NCBI GenBank assembly: GCA_964484255.1
Contig: CAZAEH010000003.1
Coordinates: 19,937-83,936 of the forward strand
DNA from: an uncultured Planctomycetia bacterium
GTDB lineage: Bacteria > Omnitrophota > Gorgyraeia > Pluralincolimonadales > Pluralincolimonadaceae
DNA length: 64,000 nt
Reading direction: 5' to 3'
Shown: positions 1-9,261 of the stretch, in pieces
How the letters are laid out: each line of letters begins with the position of its first letter
How positions within the stretch are numbered: the stretch's first letter is position 1
The notes under the pieces: model-generated
What the model was told of the DNA's origin: nothing
The model's database searches: none
What the model saw: the letters and a program-made list of their open reading frames with translations, nothing else
Translations under genes and position numbers: made by a program

Positions 1-578
1 TCAATCTCAAGCATTTTACCCTTATCGGGGCTACGACCCGTTCGGGCTTATTGAGCGCTCCCATGAGGGGAAGGTTTGGCATGCTCTATACGTTGGATTT
101 TTATTCTCCGGAGGAGCTTGTCCAGATAGTCAAAAGGTCGGCGAAGATCCTTAAGATAAGCATGGACAAGGATAGCGCCGGCGAGATATCCCGCAGGTCC
201 CGAGGAACCCCTCGAATAGCCAACAGGCTCCTTCGCAGGGTGAGGGATTATGCAGAGGTAAAGAACTCGGGTAAGGTTGATGTCGCTACAGTTGACAAGT
301 CGTTGTCCATGCTTGGTATAGACCAAATGGGTTTGGACGGCCTTGACAGAAAAGTGCTCAAGGCGATAATCGATACCTATAAAGGCGGCCCGGTCGGTAT
401 AGACTCGATCGCCGCGACCCTTAACGAGGAACCGGATACGATATCCGATGTAGTAGAACCCTTCCTTCTCAAGATAGGTTTTCTTAAAAGGACGCCAAGG
501 GGCAGGGAAGTCACAGATGCCGCCCGCGTCCACCTCAAAGTCCTTCCAGGAAGAGAATCGCAGAAGGAGTTATTTTAG
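1..578 (+). CDS. ruvB: Holliday junction branch migration ATPase RuvB, C-terminal part (5' end outside window)
   Basis: Open frame from the window edge. Translation (…LDFYSPEELVQIVKRSAKILKI…SRGTPRIANRLLRRVRDYAEV…IDQMGLDGLDRKVLKAIIDTYKGGPVG…) matches the conserved RuvB C-terminal winged-helix region. Confidence 0.85.
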   Translation, partial: NLKHFTLIGATTRSGLLSAPMRGRFGMLYTLDFYSPEELVQIVKRSAKILKISMDKDSAGEISRRSRGTPRIANRLLRRVRDYAEVKNSGKVDVATVDKSLSMLGIDQMGLDGLDRKVLKAIIDTYKGGPVGIDSIAATLNEEPDTISDVVEPFLLKIGFLKRTPRGREVTDAARVHLKVLPGRESQKELF

Positions 579-584
579 CCGGTC

Positions 585-1754
585 ATGATAAGACGCCTAT
601 ACCCGATAATAGGTATCGCCGTTGTTGTCTTTTTGGCGTTTTTGCCGGTTAGCGCAGCTGCGCAGGATACCTGCAAGACCCCGGTTGTCCGCGTAGCTGT
701 TGCAAAGGATGCAGGTTCCGTAAGATTGCGTATAGCAGGTAATTACAGGATAACGGACCTTGTCTCAAAAAAGCCCCTGCTCGAAGGCAAGTACCTGGGA
801 GACTCCTTCCTCAAGCCTTCAGGGACAGGTTTTGATATAGACGGTTCCCTGATCGATGCTCCGGCAGTCGAGATAGAACCTTTAGGCGGTGCTCGGGCTT
901 ATGTAAACGAAAGGGTATTCCGAGGCGAGATAAGGGTATATAACGTATCTGGTAAGGTCATGGTGATAAATACCGTTGACCTCGAGGAGTATTTGTACGG
1001 TGTAATACGCAATGAGGTATCGACGTGGTGGCCTATGGAAGCGCTAAAGGCCCAGGCTGTAGCCGCCAGGACATATGCCCTTAACCAGATCAATGAGTCG
1101 AAGGGCAAGGATTACGACGTATATGCAGATGTGAATTCCCAGGTATACGGAGGTATATTCTCCGAGAAATGGAGGACGAACAGGGCGGTCGAGCAGACGC
1201 GGGGCCAGGTCCTTACCTATAAAGGAGCCGTGTTCCCTGCGTTCTTCCACGCGACGTGCGGGGGCAACACTTTCGATGCCGCGAATCTCTGGAATATCGA
1301 CCTGCCGCCGTTGAAAGGCGTTAAATGCGACTGGTGCAAGAAGTCGCCGCATTACTATTGGGAACGTTGGATGCCCGTAAATGAGGCCGAACAAAGGCTT
1401 GATGAGGCGGGTTATCCTGTCGGCGACATCCTGGGTTTCGATGTAATACGAAGGGACCATTCCGGCAGAATATTGGAGCTGCGCGTAAAGGGGACTAAAG
1501 GCGACTCCGTGATGCTTGCGAAGGATTTCAGGAGGATAATGGGCTCGGATACGGTCAGGAGCACGAACTTCAAGGTCACCGTGATAGGCGAGTACGTGGC
1601 ATTTGAGGGGCTTGGATGGGGCCACGGCGTAGGGCTGTGCCAGTGGGGCGCGTATTACATGTCGCGCGCGGGGAAGAAAGCCAATGAGATATTGTATTTC
1701 TATTACCCGGGTTCCAAGATAATGGGCAACTATGGAGAAAAGAACGCAAAATGA
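585..1754 (+). CDS. SpoIID/LytB-domain protein (amidase enhancer-like) with N-terminal signal peptide
   Basis: 389 aa. Hydrophobic N-terminus IIGIAVVVFLAFLPVSAAAQ. Segment EALKAQAVAARTYALNQ resembles the SpoIID/LytB domain core. Confidence 0.75.
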   Translation: MIRRLYPIIGIAVVVFLAFLPVSAAAQDTCKTPVVRVAVAKDAGSVRLRIAGNYRITDLVSKKPLLEGKYLGDSFLKPSGTGFDIDGSLIDAPAVEIEPLGGARAYVNERVFRGEIRVYNVSGKVMVINTVDLEEYLYGVIRNEVSTWWPMEALKAQAVAARTYALNQINESKGKDYDVYADVNSQVYGGIFSEKWRTNRAVEQTRGQVLTYKGAVFPAFFHATCGGNTFDAANLWNIDLPPLKGVKCDWCKKSPHYYWERWMPVNEAEQRLDEAGYPVGDILGFDVIRRDHSGRILELRVKGTKGDSVMLAKDFRRIMGSDTVRSTNFKVTVIGEYVAFEGLGWGHGVGLCQWGAYYMSRAGKKANEILYFYYPGSKIMGNYGEKNAK

Positions 1755-2794
1755 AAGTCAGCGAATTCGATTATAAGCTTCCGGAGGAACTGATAGCGCA
1801 GTATCCCGCGCAGGCGCGTGATGCCTCGCGTCTTATGGTTGTGCACAAGATATCGAAGAAGATCGAACACAGGAACTTTTGCGGCATCACGGATTATATA
1901 AGCCCGGGCGATTGCCTGGTGGTCAATGACACGAAGGTCATAAAGGCCCGCCTTCCCGGGAAGCGTGCAGATACCGGCGGCAAGGCAGAAGTAATGCTTA
2001 TCGAGAAGATGAGCGACCGCCTGTATAAGTGCCTTATAGATACTTCCACCAAGATCAAGGTGGGGACAAAGCTGGCATTCGGCGAAGGGGACGTTACGGG
2101 GACCATCCGCGGCGAAAGCGATGGAATAAGACTCATTGAGTTCAACGTCAATGGAAGCGATTTCAACTCTGTCCTGGAAAATATAGGCATGGTCCCGCTG
2201 CCTCCTTATATCAAAAGGGTCCCGGATAGATCCGACGAGGAGAGGTACCAGACAGTATACGCCAGGGCCCCGGGGGCCGTAGCCGCTCCTACGGCGGGGC
2301 TGCATTTTACGGACGGCCTTATAAGGAATATCGAATCCGGGGGCGTTTCGGTAGAGTCGTTGACCCTCCATGTTGGTTACGGGACCTTCAAACCGGTCGC
2401 GGTAGACGAAGTCTTGAGGCACAAGATGGAACCTGAATTGTTCGAGCTCAAACCCGATACGGCCCAAAAGCTCAATGCGGCCAAGGAGCGCGGCGGGAAG
2501 ATATTCGCCGTGGGGACTACCACGTGCCGGGTCATTGAGAACCAGGCGCGGCTTGTAAAGGGGACCAGGAACAAGGTGGAACCGGGGAAGGGTTGGACCA
2601 ATCTTTTCATCTATCCGCCGTATAATTTCAAGTTTGTCGATGCGCTTATTACGAATTTCCATTTGCCCAAGACCACGCTGCTTATGCTTGTCGCGGCTTT
2701 TTGCGGGAAAGAGGTAATGCTGCAGGCCTATGAAGAGGCTGTAAAGGAGAAATACAGGTTTTACAGTTACGGCGATTCCATGCTTATAATATGA
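1751..2794 (+). CDS. queA: S-adenosylmethionine:tRNA ribosyltransferase-isomerase
   Basis: N-terminus MKVSEFDYKLPEELIAQYPA…RDASRLMVV is the canonical QueA start. 4-nt overlap with the upstream gene. Confidence 0.9.
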   Translation: MKVSEFDYKLPEELIAQYPAQARDASRLMVVHKISKKIEHRNFCGITDYISPGDCLVVNDTKVIKARLPGKRADTGGKAEVMLIEKMSDRLYKCLIDTSTKIKVGTKLAFGEGDVTGTIRGESDGIRLIEFNVNGSDFNSVLENIGMVPLPPYIKRVPDRSDEERYQTVYARAPGAVAAPTAGLHFTDGLIRNIESGGVSVESLTLHVGYGTFKPVAVDEVLRHKMEPELFELKPDTAQKLNAAKERGGKIFAVGTTTCRVIENQARLVKGTRNKVEPGKGWTNLFIYPPYNFKFVDALITNFHLPKTTLLMLVAAFCGKEVMLQAYEEAVKEKYRFYSYGDSMLII

Positions 2795-3927
2795 AAATAG
2801 AGATAACCGCAAAAGACAGATCGACGCGTGCCAGGACAGGCAAGGTAAAGACTTCACATGGGGAGTTTGAGACCCCTGCATTCATGCCGGTGGGCACGCA
2901 GGCTACCGTGAAGACCCTTTCCAATGACGAATTAAAGGATTGCGGCGTCCAGATATTACTGTCCAACGCTTACCACTTGTATCTCAGGCCCGGGGCGGAT
3001 ATAATCAGGAATGCGGGAGGCCTGCATAAGTTCATGAATTGGGATAGGCCGATCCTTACCGACTCGGGGGGTTTCCAGGTTTTTAGCCTTGCGGTCCTGC
3101 GGAAAATAACTGATGAAGGGGTAGAGTTTCAGTCGCATATAGACGGTTCCAAGCATTTCCTTACCCCAAAGGATATGTTAGGGTTCCAAACCGTACTCGG
3201 AAGTGATATAATGATGGTCCTTGATGAATGTGTGCATTATCCATGCGAGCGCGGAGCGGCTAAACGGGCCGTTAAGAGGACCCTTGAATGGGCCCGTCTT
3301 TCAAAGACCGCTTTTGACGATACCAGTTCCGGCTCCAACCGGAAACAGTATCTATTTGGGATAGTGCAGGGTGCCTCGTATGAGGACCTCAGAAAGGAAT
3401 GCGCAGAAGAACTTGTCGGAATGGATTTCGACGGTTATGCTTTAGGCGGCCTTGCGGTAGGCGAACCCAGGGAAATAACTAACGAGATAACGGATTTTAC
3501 CGCGTCGTTGCTGCCGGAAGACAAGCCGAGATACCTTATGGGGGTAGGCGAACCCCGTGATATACTTGAAGCGGTTTCGCGCGGCATAGACATGTTCGAT
3601 TGCGTAGTCCCGACCAGGAACGGACGCAACGGGACGGCGTTCACGTCTGCAGGCAGGTTCTCCGTAAGGACTGCCATTAACTCGTCCGACCTCTCCCCGA
3701 TAGAGGAGGGGTGCGGCTGTTATGCTTGCAGGAACCATACGCGCAGCTACATCAGGCACCTGTTCAACACGGATGAGATACTCGGGCTCAAGCTCGTCTC
3801 TTTGCATAATGTTTATTTTTACCAGAGACTTATGCGGGAGATCAGGCAAGCGATAAAAGAAGGCAAGTTCACGGAATACAAAAACGAAAGGATGGAAAGA
3901 TGGACCCGCAAGCCGCAGGATCGATAG
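2791..3927 (+). CDS. tgt: queuine tRNA-ribosyltransferase
   Basis: HGEFETPAFMPVGTQATVK, the catalytic DSGGFQ region and a C-terminal zinc-site CxCxxC…H pattern. Follows queA as in the conserved queA-tgt-yajC-secDF operon. Confidence 0.9.
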   Translation: MKIEITAKDRSTRARTGKVKTSHGEFETPAFMPVGTQATVKTLSNDELKDCGVQILLSNAYHLYLRPGADIIRNAGGLHKFMNWDRPILTDSGGFQVFSLAVLRKITDEGVEFQSHIDGSKHFLTPKDMLGFQTVLGSDIMMVLDECVHYPCERGAAKRAVKRTLEWARLSKTAFDDTSSGSNRKQYLFGIVQGASYEDLRKECAEELVGMDFDGYALGGLAVGEPREITNEITDFTASLLPEDKPRYLMGVGEPRDILEAVSRGIDMFDCVVPTRNGRNGTAFTSAGRFSVRTAINSSDLSPIEEGCGCYACRNHTRSYIRHLFNTDEILGLKLVSLHNVYFYQRLMREIRQAIKEGKFTEYKNERMERWTRKPQDR

Positions 3928-4193
3928 GAAGTTTCATACCGCTTATACTGGTTTTTGTTATATTCTATTTTCTTTTGATAAGGCCCCAGCAGAAGGAACG
4001 GAAACGCCATCAGGAGATGGTAAAAAGCCTTGCCAAGAACGACGAAGTCGTTACGTCCGGGGGAATACACGGGACTATAGTCAATGTAAAAGAAACATCC
4101 GTGGTATTGCGAATAGACGACAACGCGAAGATGGAAGTCGATAAATATGCTATATCTTATATGATAAAGAAGAGGTCGGGAGAGGAGAAATGA
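3900..4193 (+). CDS. yajC: preprotein translocase subunit YajC
   Basis: 97 aa with a single TM (LILVFVIFYFLLIRPQQK) and the conserved VVTSGGIHGTIV core. Confidence 0.8.
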   Translation: MDPQAAGSIGSFIPLILVFVIFYFLLIRPQQKERKRHQEMVKSLAKNDEVVTSGGIHGTIVNVKETSVVLRIDDNAKMEVDKYAISYMIKKRSGEEK

Positions 4194-6409
4194 AAAAGGG
4201 ACTTCTGTGGAAATTATCGCTGGTAATCGCTCTCGTAGTAGCCTCGCTGTACTTTATATACCCTCCGCTTGACTTAAAGGACAAAGATGGAAATGTTACG
4301 CGGGAGGGCAGGATAAATCTCGGGCTAGACCTGCAGGGCGGTATGCATCTTGTGTTGAAAGTTGATACTTCCAAGATACCTGAGGAAGCCAGGAAGGATG
4401 CGGCGGAAAGGGCCCTGGAAGTTATCCGTAACAGGATAGATGAATTTGGCGTCAAGGAACCCCAGATTTCCCCTCAGGGCAAGGATGAGATAGTCGTCCA
4501 GCTGCCGGGCATAACGGACAGGGAGCGTGCTCTTCAGCTTATAGGCAAGACGGCGCAGCTCGAGTTCAAGCTGGTATCAAGCGATGCCGAAAAATTGAAT
4601 AAAGCGCTTCAGGGTGAAGTTCCGGCGGGATATGAACTGACAAAAGATGAGGATGAAAACCCGTTGTTGCTTGAAAAGACAGCGGTTCTTACCGGCGATG
4701 CCCTTACGGCCGCGTTCATGAGTTTCGACCAATCGCATTTCAACGAACCTTATGTCTCCATACAATTCAATGCCGATGGCGCAAAGAAGTTCGCCAAGAT
4801 AACCCAGGAGAACGTGGGCCGCAGGCTTGCTATCGTCCTTGACGGGAAGGTCAAGTCTGCCCCGCAGATACGCGAAGCGATACCTTCGGGCCAGGCTCAG
4901 ATCACCGGCAGGTTCTCTAAAGAAGAGGCAGGAGACCTTGCGATAGTCCTTAAGGTCGGTGCGCTTCCCGCGCCGGTATATATCGAAGAGGAGAGGACCA
5001 TAGGGCCCCTGCTCGGACAGGATTCCATAAATGCCGGTATAAGGGCCACTCTCCTTGGAGCTGCTTTTGTCGGTGCCTTCATGCTTGTCTATTACCTGCT
5101 TGCAGGTTTTGTCGCGGACATAGCGCTTGTTCTGAACCTTGTGCTGCTGCTCGGGTCAATGGCATATTTTCATGTAACTCTTACCCTGCCCGGTATAGCC
5201 GGTATCGTGCTTACCCTTGGTATGGCAGTTGACGCAAATGTCCTTATACAGGAGAGGATGAGGGAAGAGCTTGAATCGGGAAAGACACTGGCGCAGGCTA
5301 TAAGGCTCGGTTATGACAGGGCTATGAGCGCCATCATAGACTCTAACCTCACTACCGTATTGGCAGCGATCTTCTTGTTCCAGTTCGGTACCGGCCCGAT
5401 CCGCGGTTTTGCCCTTACCCTTATAATAGGTCTTATTATCAGCATGTTCACATCGGTATTCGTGACGAGGGTGATATTTGAGCTCCTGATGGGGATGAAA
5501 CTCATCAAGGGTCTTCCGATGCTCAAGATAATCGGTACGCCCAAGATAGATTATATAAAAATACGCTGGATATGCTATGCGCTGTCCGCCGCTGTCCTCA
5601 TCGTAGGAATGAGTACTTTCTTCATGAAGGGCTCGGACGTATACGGCGTCGATTTCAAAGGAGGCCAGGTACAGGAATTCAGGTTCCAGAAACTCGTGGA
5701 CGTCAAGGACGTGCGCAGTGCCCTGGTAGAGATCGGACTGGGGGATGCTTCCGTCCAACAGCTGAAAGACGACCCCAAGGAGTTCATAGTACGCACTTCA
5801 GGGGAAGTAACGAGCGAGATAACAAAGAAATTCGAGTCAACCTTCAAGGATAATAAGGCGGAGGTCATAAGGATAGAAAAAGTCGGTCCTTCGGTCGGGA
5901 ACCAGCTGCGCACAAAGGCAACGTATGCCATCGTATTCTCCATGATAGGTATTATGGTTTATGTGGCTTTCAGGTTCAAACACTGGTATTTTGCCCTGGC
6001 AGGTGTGCTCGCGCTTTTTCACGATGTATTCGTAGCCATGGGTTTCATGGCGCTGACCGGACGCGAGATGTCGCTGCTTATAGTGTCCGGCCTTCTTACC
6101 ATAGCAGGTTTTTCCATAAACGACACGATAGTTATCTATGACAGAATAAGGGAGAATGCCAGGATCAATCCAAAGATGTCGCTTAAGGACCTGATAAACC
6201 TGAGCGTCAATCAAACGATGTCCAGGACGCTCCTTACTTCTTTTACCGTGCTGGTCGTTGTTGCGATACTCTATTTCTACGGCGGAGAAGTGCTCAATGA
6301 TTTTGCGTTTTGCCTGCTCGTAGGTTTTATATCGGGTGTCTATTCGACGGTCTTCATAGCCAGCCCGCTCATGCTTCTGTTCCATGGGAATAAAAAGAAA
6401 GGTTTATGA
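4190..6409 (+). CDS. secDF: protein-export membrane protein SecDF (fused SecD-SecF)
   Basis: 739 aa. N-terminal SecD periplasmic and TM region plus C-terminal SecF-like TM bundle, consistent with a SecD/SecF fusion as in Bacillus SecDF. ATGA coupling to the next gene. Confidence 0.85.
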   Translation: MKKGLLWKLSLVIALVVASLYFIYPPLDLKDKDGNVTREGRINLGLDLQGGMHLVLKVDTSKIPEEARKDAAERALEVIRNRIDEFGVKEPQISPQGKDEIVVQLPGITDRERALQLIGKTAQLEFKLVSSDAEKLNKALQGEVPAGYELTKDEDENPLLLEKTAVLTGDALTAAFMSFDQSHFNEPYVSIQFNADGAKKFAKITQENVGRRLAIVLDGKVKSAPQIREAIPSGQAQITGRFSKEEAGDLAIVLKVGALPAPVYIEEERTIGPLLGQDSINAGIRATLLGAAFVGAFMLVYYLLAGFVADIALVLNLVLLLGSMAYFHVTLTLPGIAGIVLTLGMAVDANVLIQERMREELESGKTLAQAIRLGYDRAMSAIIDSNLTTVLAAIFLFQFGTGPIRGFALTLIIGLIISMFTSVFVTRVIFELLMGMKLIKGLPMLKIIGTPKIDYIKIRWICYALSAAVLIVGMSTFFMKGSDVYGVDFKGGQVQEFRFQKLVDVKDVRSALVEIGLGDASVQQLKDDPKEFIVRTSGEVTSEITKKFESTFKDNKAEVIRIEKVGPSVGNQLRTKATYAIVFSMIGIMVYVAFRFKHWYFALAGVLALFHDVFVAMGFMALTGREMSLLIVSGLLTIAGFSINDTIVIYDRIRENARINPKMSLKDLINLSVNQTMSRTLLTSFTVLVVVAILYFYGGEVLNDFAFCLLVGFISGVYSTVFIASPLMLLFHGNKKKGL

Positions 6410-7272
6410 GCGAAAACAAGTTTTTGCAGATACGCCGTCTTCTCATAGCGATATTGCTCCTTAACTGGGGCGTGGCTGTCGCGAAGATGGTCTATGGCCA
6501 CATTACGAGCTCGGTTTCGATGTTCGCGGACGGCGTGCACTCGCTTTCCGACGGGTCTTCGAATATCATTGGGCTTATCGGTATAGGAGTGGCAGCACGC
6601 CCCCGTGACGTGAGCCATCCTTACGGACACAGGAAATACGAGACCCTGGCCTCCATGGCCATAGCGGTTGCGCTCTTCCTCGTGGCGTTCAGGCTTATGA
6701 GCGATTCCGTGCACAAACTTATCCACCAGGAGCTTATAGCCCCGAAAGCTACGGTCCTGAGTTTTGTCGTCATGGGCATAACCCTTCTGGTCAATATCTG
6801 GGTTGTCAGATATGAGATGAGTAAGGGCAGGGAGCTTAACAGTGACTTCCTGATAGCGGATTCCCTCCATACCGGTTCGGACATACTTGCTTCCGTGATG
6901 GTAGTGGTAAGTTTGGTCAGCGTCAGGCTTGGCCTGCCCATTATAGATGTCATAGCCGGGATGATAATAGCCTTACTTATCGGATATGTCGGTGTCGGGA
7001 TACTAAGGTCCACCTCCAGGGTCCTTACCGATTATGCCGTTATCAACAGCCAGGATATTAACGAGGCTCTTTCCGACTTGAAGGATGTAGTCGGCTGCCA
7101 CAGGATACGTACGCGAGGCAGGGCGGACGACATACATGTAGACCTGCATATAACCGTTGACAGGAACATGACAGTCGGTAAATCTCACGACTTGGCTACC
7201 GTGATCGAAAAGCGTATACGCGAAAAGTTCCAGGGCGTTACGGATGTCATGGTCCATATAGAGCCGGCCTGA
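6406..7272 (+). CDS. cation diffusion facilitator family transporter (Zn/Co/Cd efflux)
   Basis: 288 aa. TM region with HSLSDG…/H…D metal-site motifs and a C-terminal cytoplasmic domain, matching the CDF family. Confidence 0.75.
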   Translation: MSENKFLQIRRLLIAILLLNWGVAVAKMVYGHITSSVSMFADGVHSLSDGSSNIIGLIGIGVAARPRDVSHPYGHRKYETLASMAIAVALFLVAFRLMSDSVHKLIHQELIAPKATVLSFVVMGITLLVNIWVVRYEMSKGRELNSDFLIADSLHTGSDILASVMVVVSLVSVRLGLPIIDVIAGMIIALLIGYVGVGILRSTSRVLTDYAVINSQDINEALSDLKDVVGCHRIRTRGRADDIHVDLHITVDRNMTVGKSHDLATVIEKRIREKFQGVTDVMVHIEPA

Positions 7273-7273
7273 C

Positions 7274-8998
7274 ATGCAGAAGGCCTGGGAAATAGATTCT
7301 CCGGATACCGAAAAAACAAGGGCCATTTGTAAAGATACGGGCATATCCCCGCTTGTCGCGCACCTGTTGTTAAAGAGGGGCGTAAAGACGGCCGCAGAGG
7401 CGCGCGCTTTCCTTACCTGTGAACTTTCATCCATCCACGATCCGTTTCTTTTCAAGGACATGCAGAAGGTTATCGAAAGGATAGATCTGGCCGTAAAGAA
7501 CGGGCAGAAGATCGTTATCTTCGGTGACTATGATGTAGACGGCCTTACGGCTACAGCGCTTTTATATAATACATTAAAAGACTATGGCGCCATTGTCCGG
7601 ACTTATATACCCGACCGAGTAAGGGAGGGCTACGGTTTAAGCCGGCAAGCCCTGGAGAAGGAACGTAAGACCGGAATGGACCTTGCCATATCCGTCGATT
7701 GCGGTATAACCGCAGCGGAAGAAATAGAGTTTCTTAACGGTAACGGCATAGATTCCGTTATAATCGACCACCATGAGCCGCTCGAAAACAAGATCCCCCG
7801 TTCTTATGGCATACTAAACCCCCTTGTGGCGGGGTCCGGGTATCCGTACAAACATCTTGCCGGTGTCGGACTCGTGTATAAACTTGCCCAGGCATTAAGA
7901 AAGGTTTTAAAATACCCGGGAGGAAGCTCGATCCGGCCGTTGGAGGAAGACCTGGATCTTGTAGCATTGGGGACTATAGCCGATGTAGCGCCGCTTACAG
8001 GGGAGAACAGGATACTGGTCAAGCACGGGTTGAGATATCTTGCAAAGACCAGGCGCGCCGGTTTGAGGGCGCTTATGGAAGCAGCCGGTATAGGCAGGAA
8101 GAAGGAATTCTATTCAGAAACGGTGGCGTTTATCCTGGGCCCGCGCATAAATGCCTCAGGCAGGATGGGGACTTCCGCACATTCGCTTAAACTCCTTCTT
8201 ACTGAAGACAAAGAGGAGGCGGTTAACCTTGCGGCCGAGTTGGACAGGAACAACAGGGAACGCCAGAAGATGGAGGAGACGATCCTTAGGGAAGCTGTCT
8301 CCAAAGTAGAGCGCGAAGTGAATTTTAAAGAGCACAAGGTAATAGTGTTGCATGGGGACAGGTGGCATCCGGGGGTCATAGGGATCGTGGCTTCAAGGAT
8401 AGTGGAAAGATACTACCGCCCGACGGTCCTGGTCGCATTCGACAAGGATGGCCTCGTGCACGGTAAGGGTTCCGGCAGGTCAATAAAGAATTTTCACCTT
8501 TTTGATGCTTTGTCAAAATGCAAAGAGCACCTTATCGGGTTCGGCGGCCATGAGCATGCCGCGGGAATAAGCATTGCCAGGGAAAACATTGGTAATTTTC
8601 GCGATGCGTTGAATGCCATCGCGCATGATGTTCTCCAACCGCTTGACCTTGTCCCGACGCTGGATATAGACGCCTGGGTCTCGCTTAAGGACATAACCGC
8701 TAAACTCATGAAGGAACTTGCCCTTTTGGAGCCTTACGGGGTAGGTAACAGGAAGCCGGTATTTGCCGTTAAAGGCCTTAGGCTTAAAACCCCGCCAAAG
8801 GTCATGGGGTCAAACACCCTTAAGATATGGGTGACTGACGGGCAGACGACCTACGAGGCGGTTGGTTTCAGGAAAGCCCTTGATTATAAACTTGATGCCG
8901 CCTCGTCAATATTCGACCTTGCTTTTACGCCTTCTATTAATGTATGGCAGGGGCAGGAGATGGTGCAGTTACAATTGAAGGACTTAAAACTTAATTAG
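7274..8998 (+). CDS. recJ: single-stranded-DNA-specific exonuclease RecJ
   Basis: DHH motifs (IVIFGDYDVDGLTATALL, IIDHHEP) and DHHA1 region (GGHEHAAG). 574 aa. Confidence 0.85.
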   Translation: MQKAWEIDSPDTEKTRAICKDTGISPLVAHLLLKRGVKTAAEARAFLTCELSSIHDPFLFKDMQKVIERIDLAVKNGQKIVIFGDYDVDGLTATALLYNTLKDYGAIVRTYIPDRVREGYGLSRQALEKERKTGMDLAISVDCGITAAEEIEFLNGNGIDSVIIDHHEPLENKIPRSYGILNPLVAGSGYPYKHLAGVGLVYKLAQALRKVLKYPGGSSIRPLEEDLDLVALGTIADVAPLTGENRILVKHGLRYLAKTRRAGLRALMEAAGIGRKKEFYSETVAFILGPRINASGRMGTSAHSLKLLLTEDKEEAVNLAAELDRNNRERQKMEETILREAVSKVEREVNFKEHKVIVLHGDRWHPGVIGIVASRIVERYYRPTVLVAFDKDGLVHGKGSGRSIKNFHLFDALSKCKEHLIGFGGHEHAAGISIARENIGNFRDALNAIAHDVLQPLDLVPTLDIDAWVSLKDITAKLMKELALLEPYGVGNRKPVFAVKGLRLKTPPKVMGSNTLKIWVTDGQTTYEAVGFRKALDYKLDAASSIFDLAFTPSINVWQGQEMVQLQLKDLKLN

Positions 8999-9222
8999 GC
9001 CTTTACTATCTTACCCGATCTTATGCAGGAAGTGCAGACCTTTATCGTCTTTATTACGCCCTTCATGTTCACCTTGACCTTTTGAAGGTTGGGTGAAAAA
9101 CGCCTTATGCTCCTTCCGGTTATCTTACGGCCTACACCGCCGTCCTTTTTAGCCATACCGCGGCGTTTTATCGACATTCCGGCCATTTTGCCTTTTCCGC
9201 ATATATCACATACCTTTGACAT
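8995..9222 (-). CDS. rpmB: 50S ribosomal protein L28
   Basis: The last 75 codons of the 8995..9462 minus-strand ORF read MSKVCDICGKGKMAGMSIKRRGMAKKDGG…FSPNLQKVKVNMKGVIKTIKVCTSCIRSGKIVKA. An AAGGAGA RBS lies upstream of the ATG at 9222. The N-terminal 80 codons of the ORF are unrelated and rejected. Confidence 0.85.
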   Translation of the reverse strand: MSKVCDICGKGKMAGMSIKRRGMAKKDGGVGRKITGRSIRRFSPNLQKVKVNMKGVIKTIKVCTSCIRSGKIVKA

Positions 9223-9261
9223 TGTTTTCTCCTTATTTATTGGAGTATAATAATAACACAG

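Noticed and set aside
1730-2881. 383-aa minus-strand ORF antisense to queA
   Set aside because: It is fully embedded in the strongly supported queA/tgt coding region on the opposite strand. The translation has no recognisable domain and a composition typical of antisense frames of GC-balanced genes.
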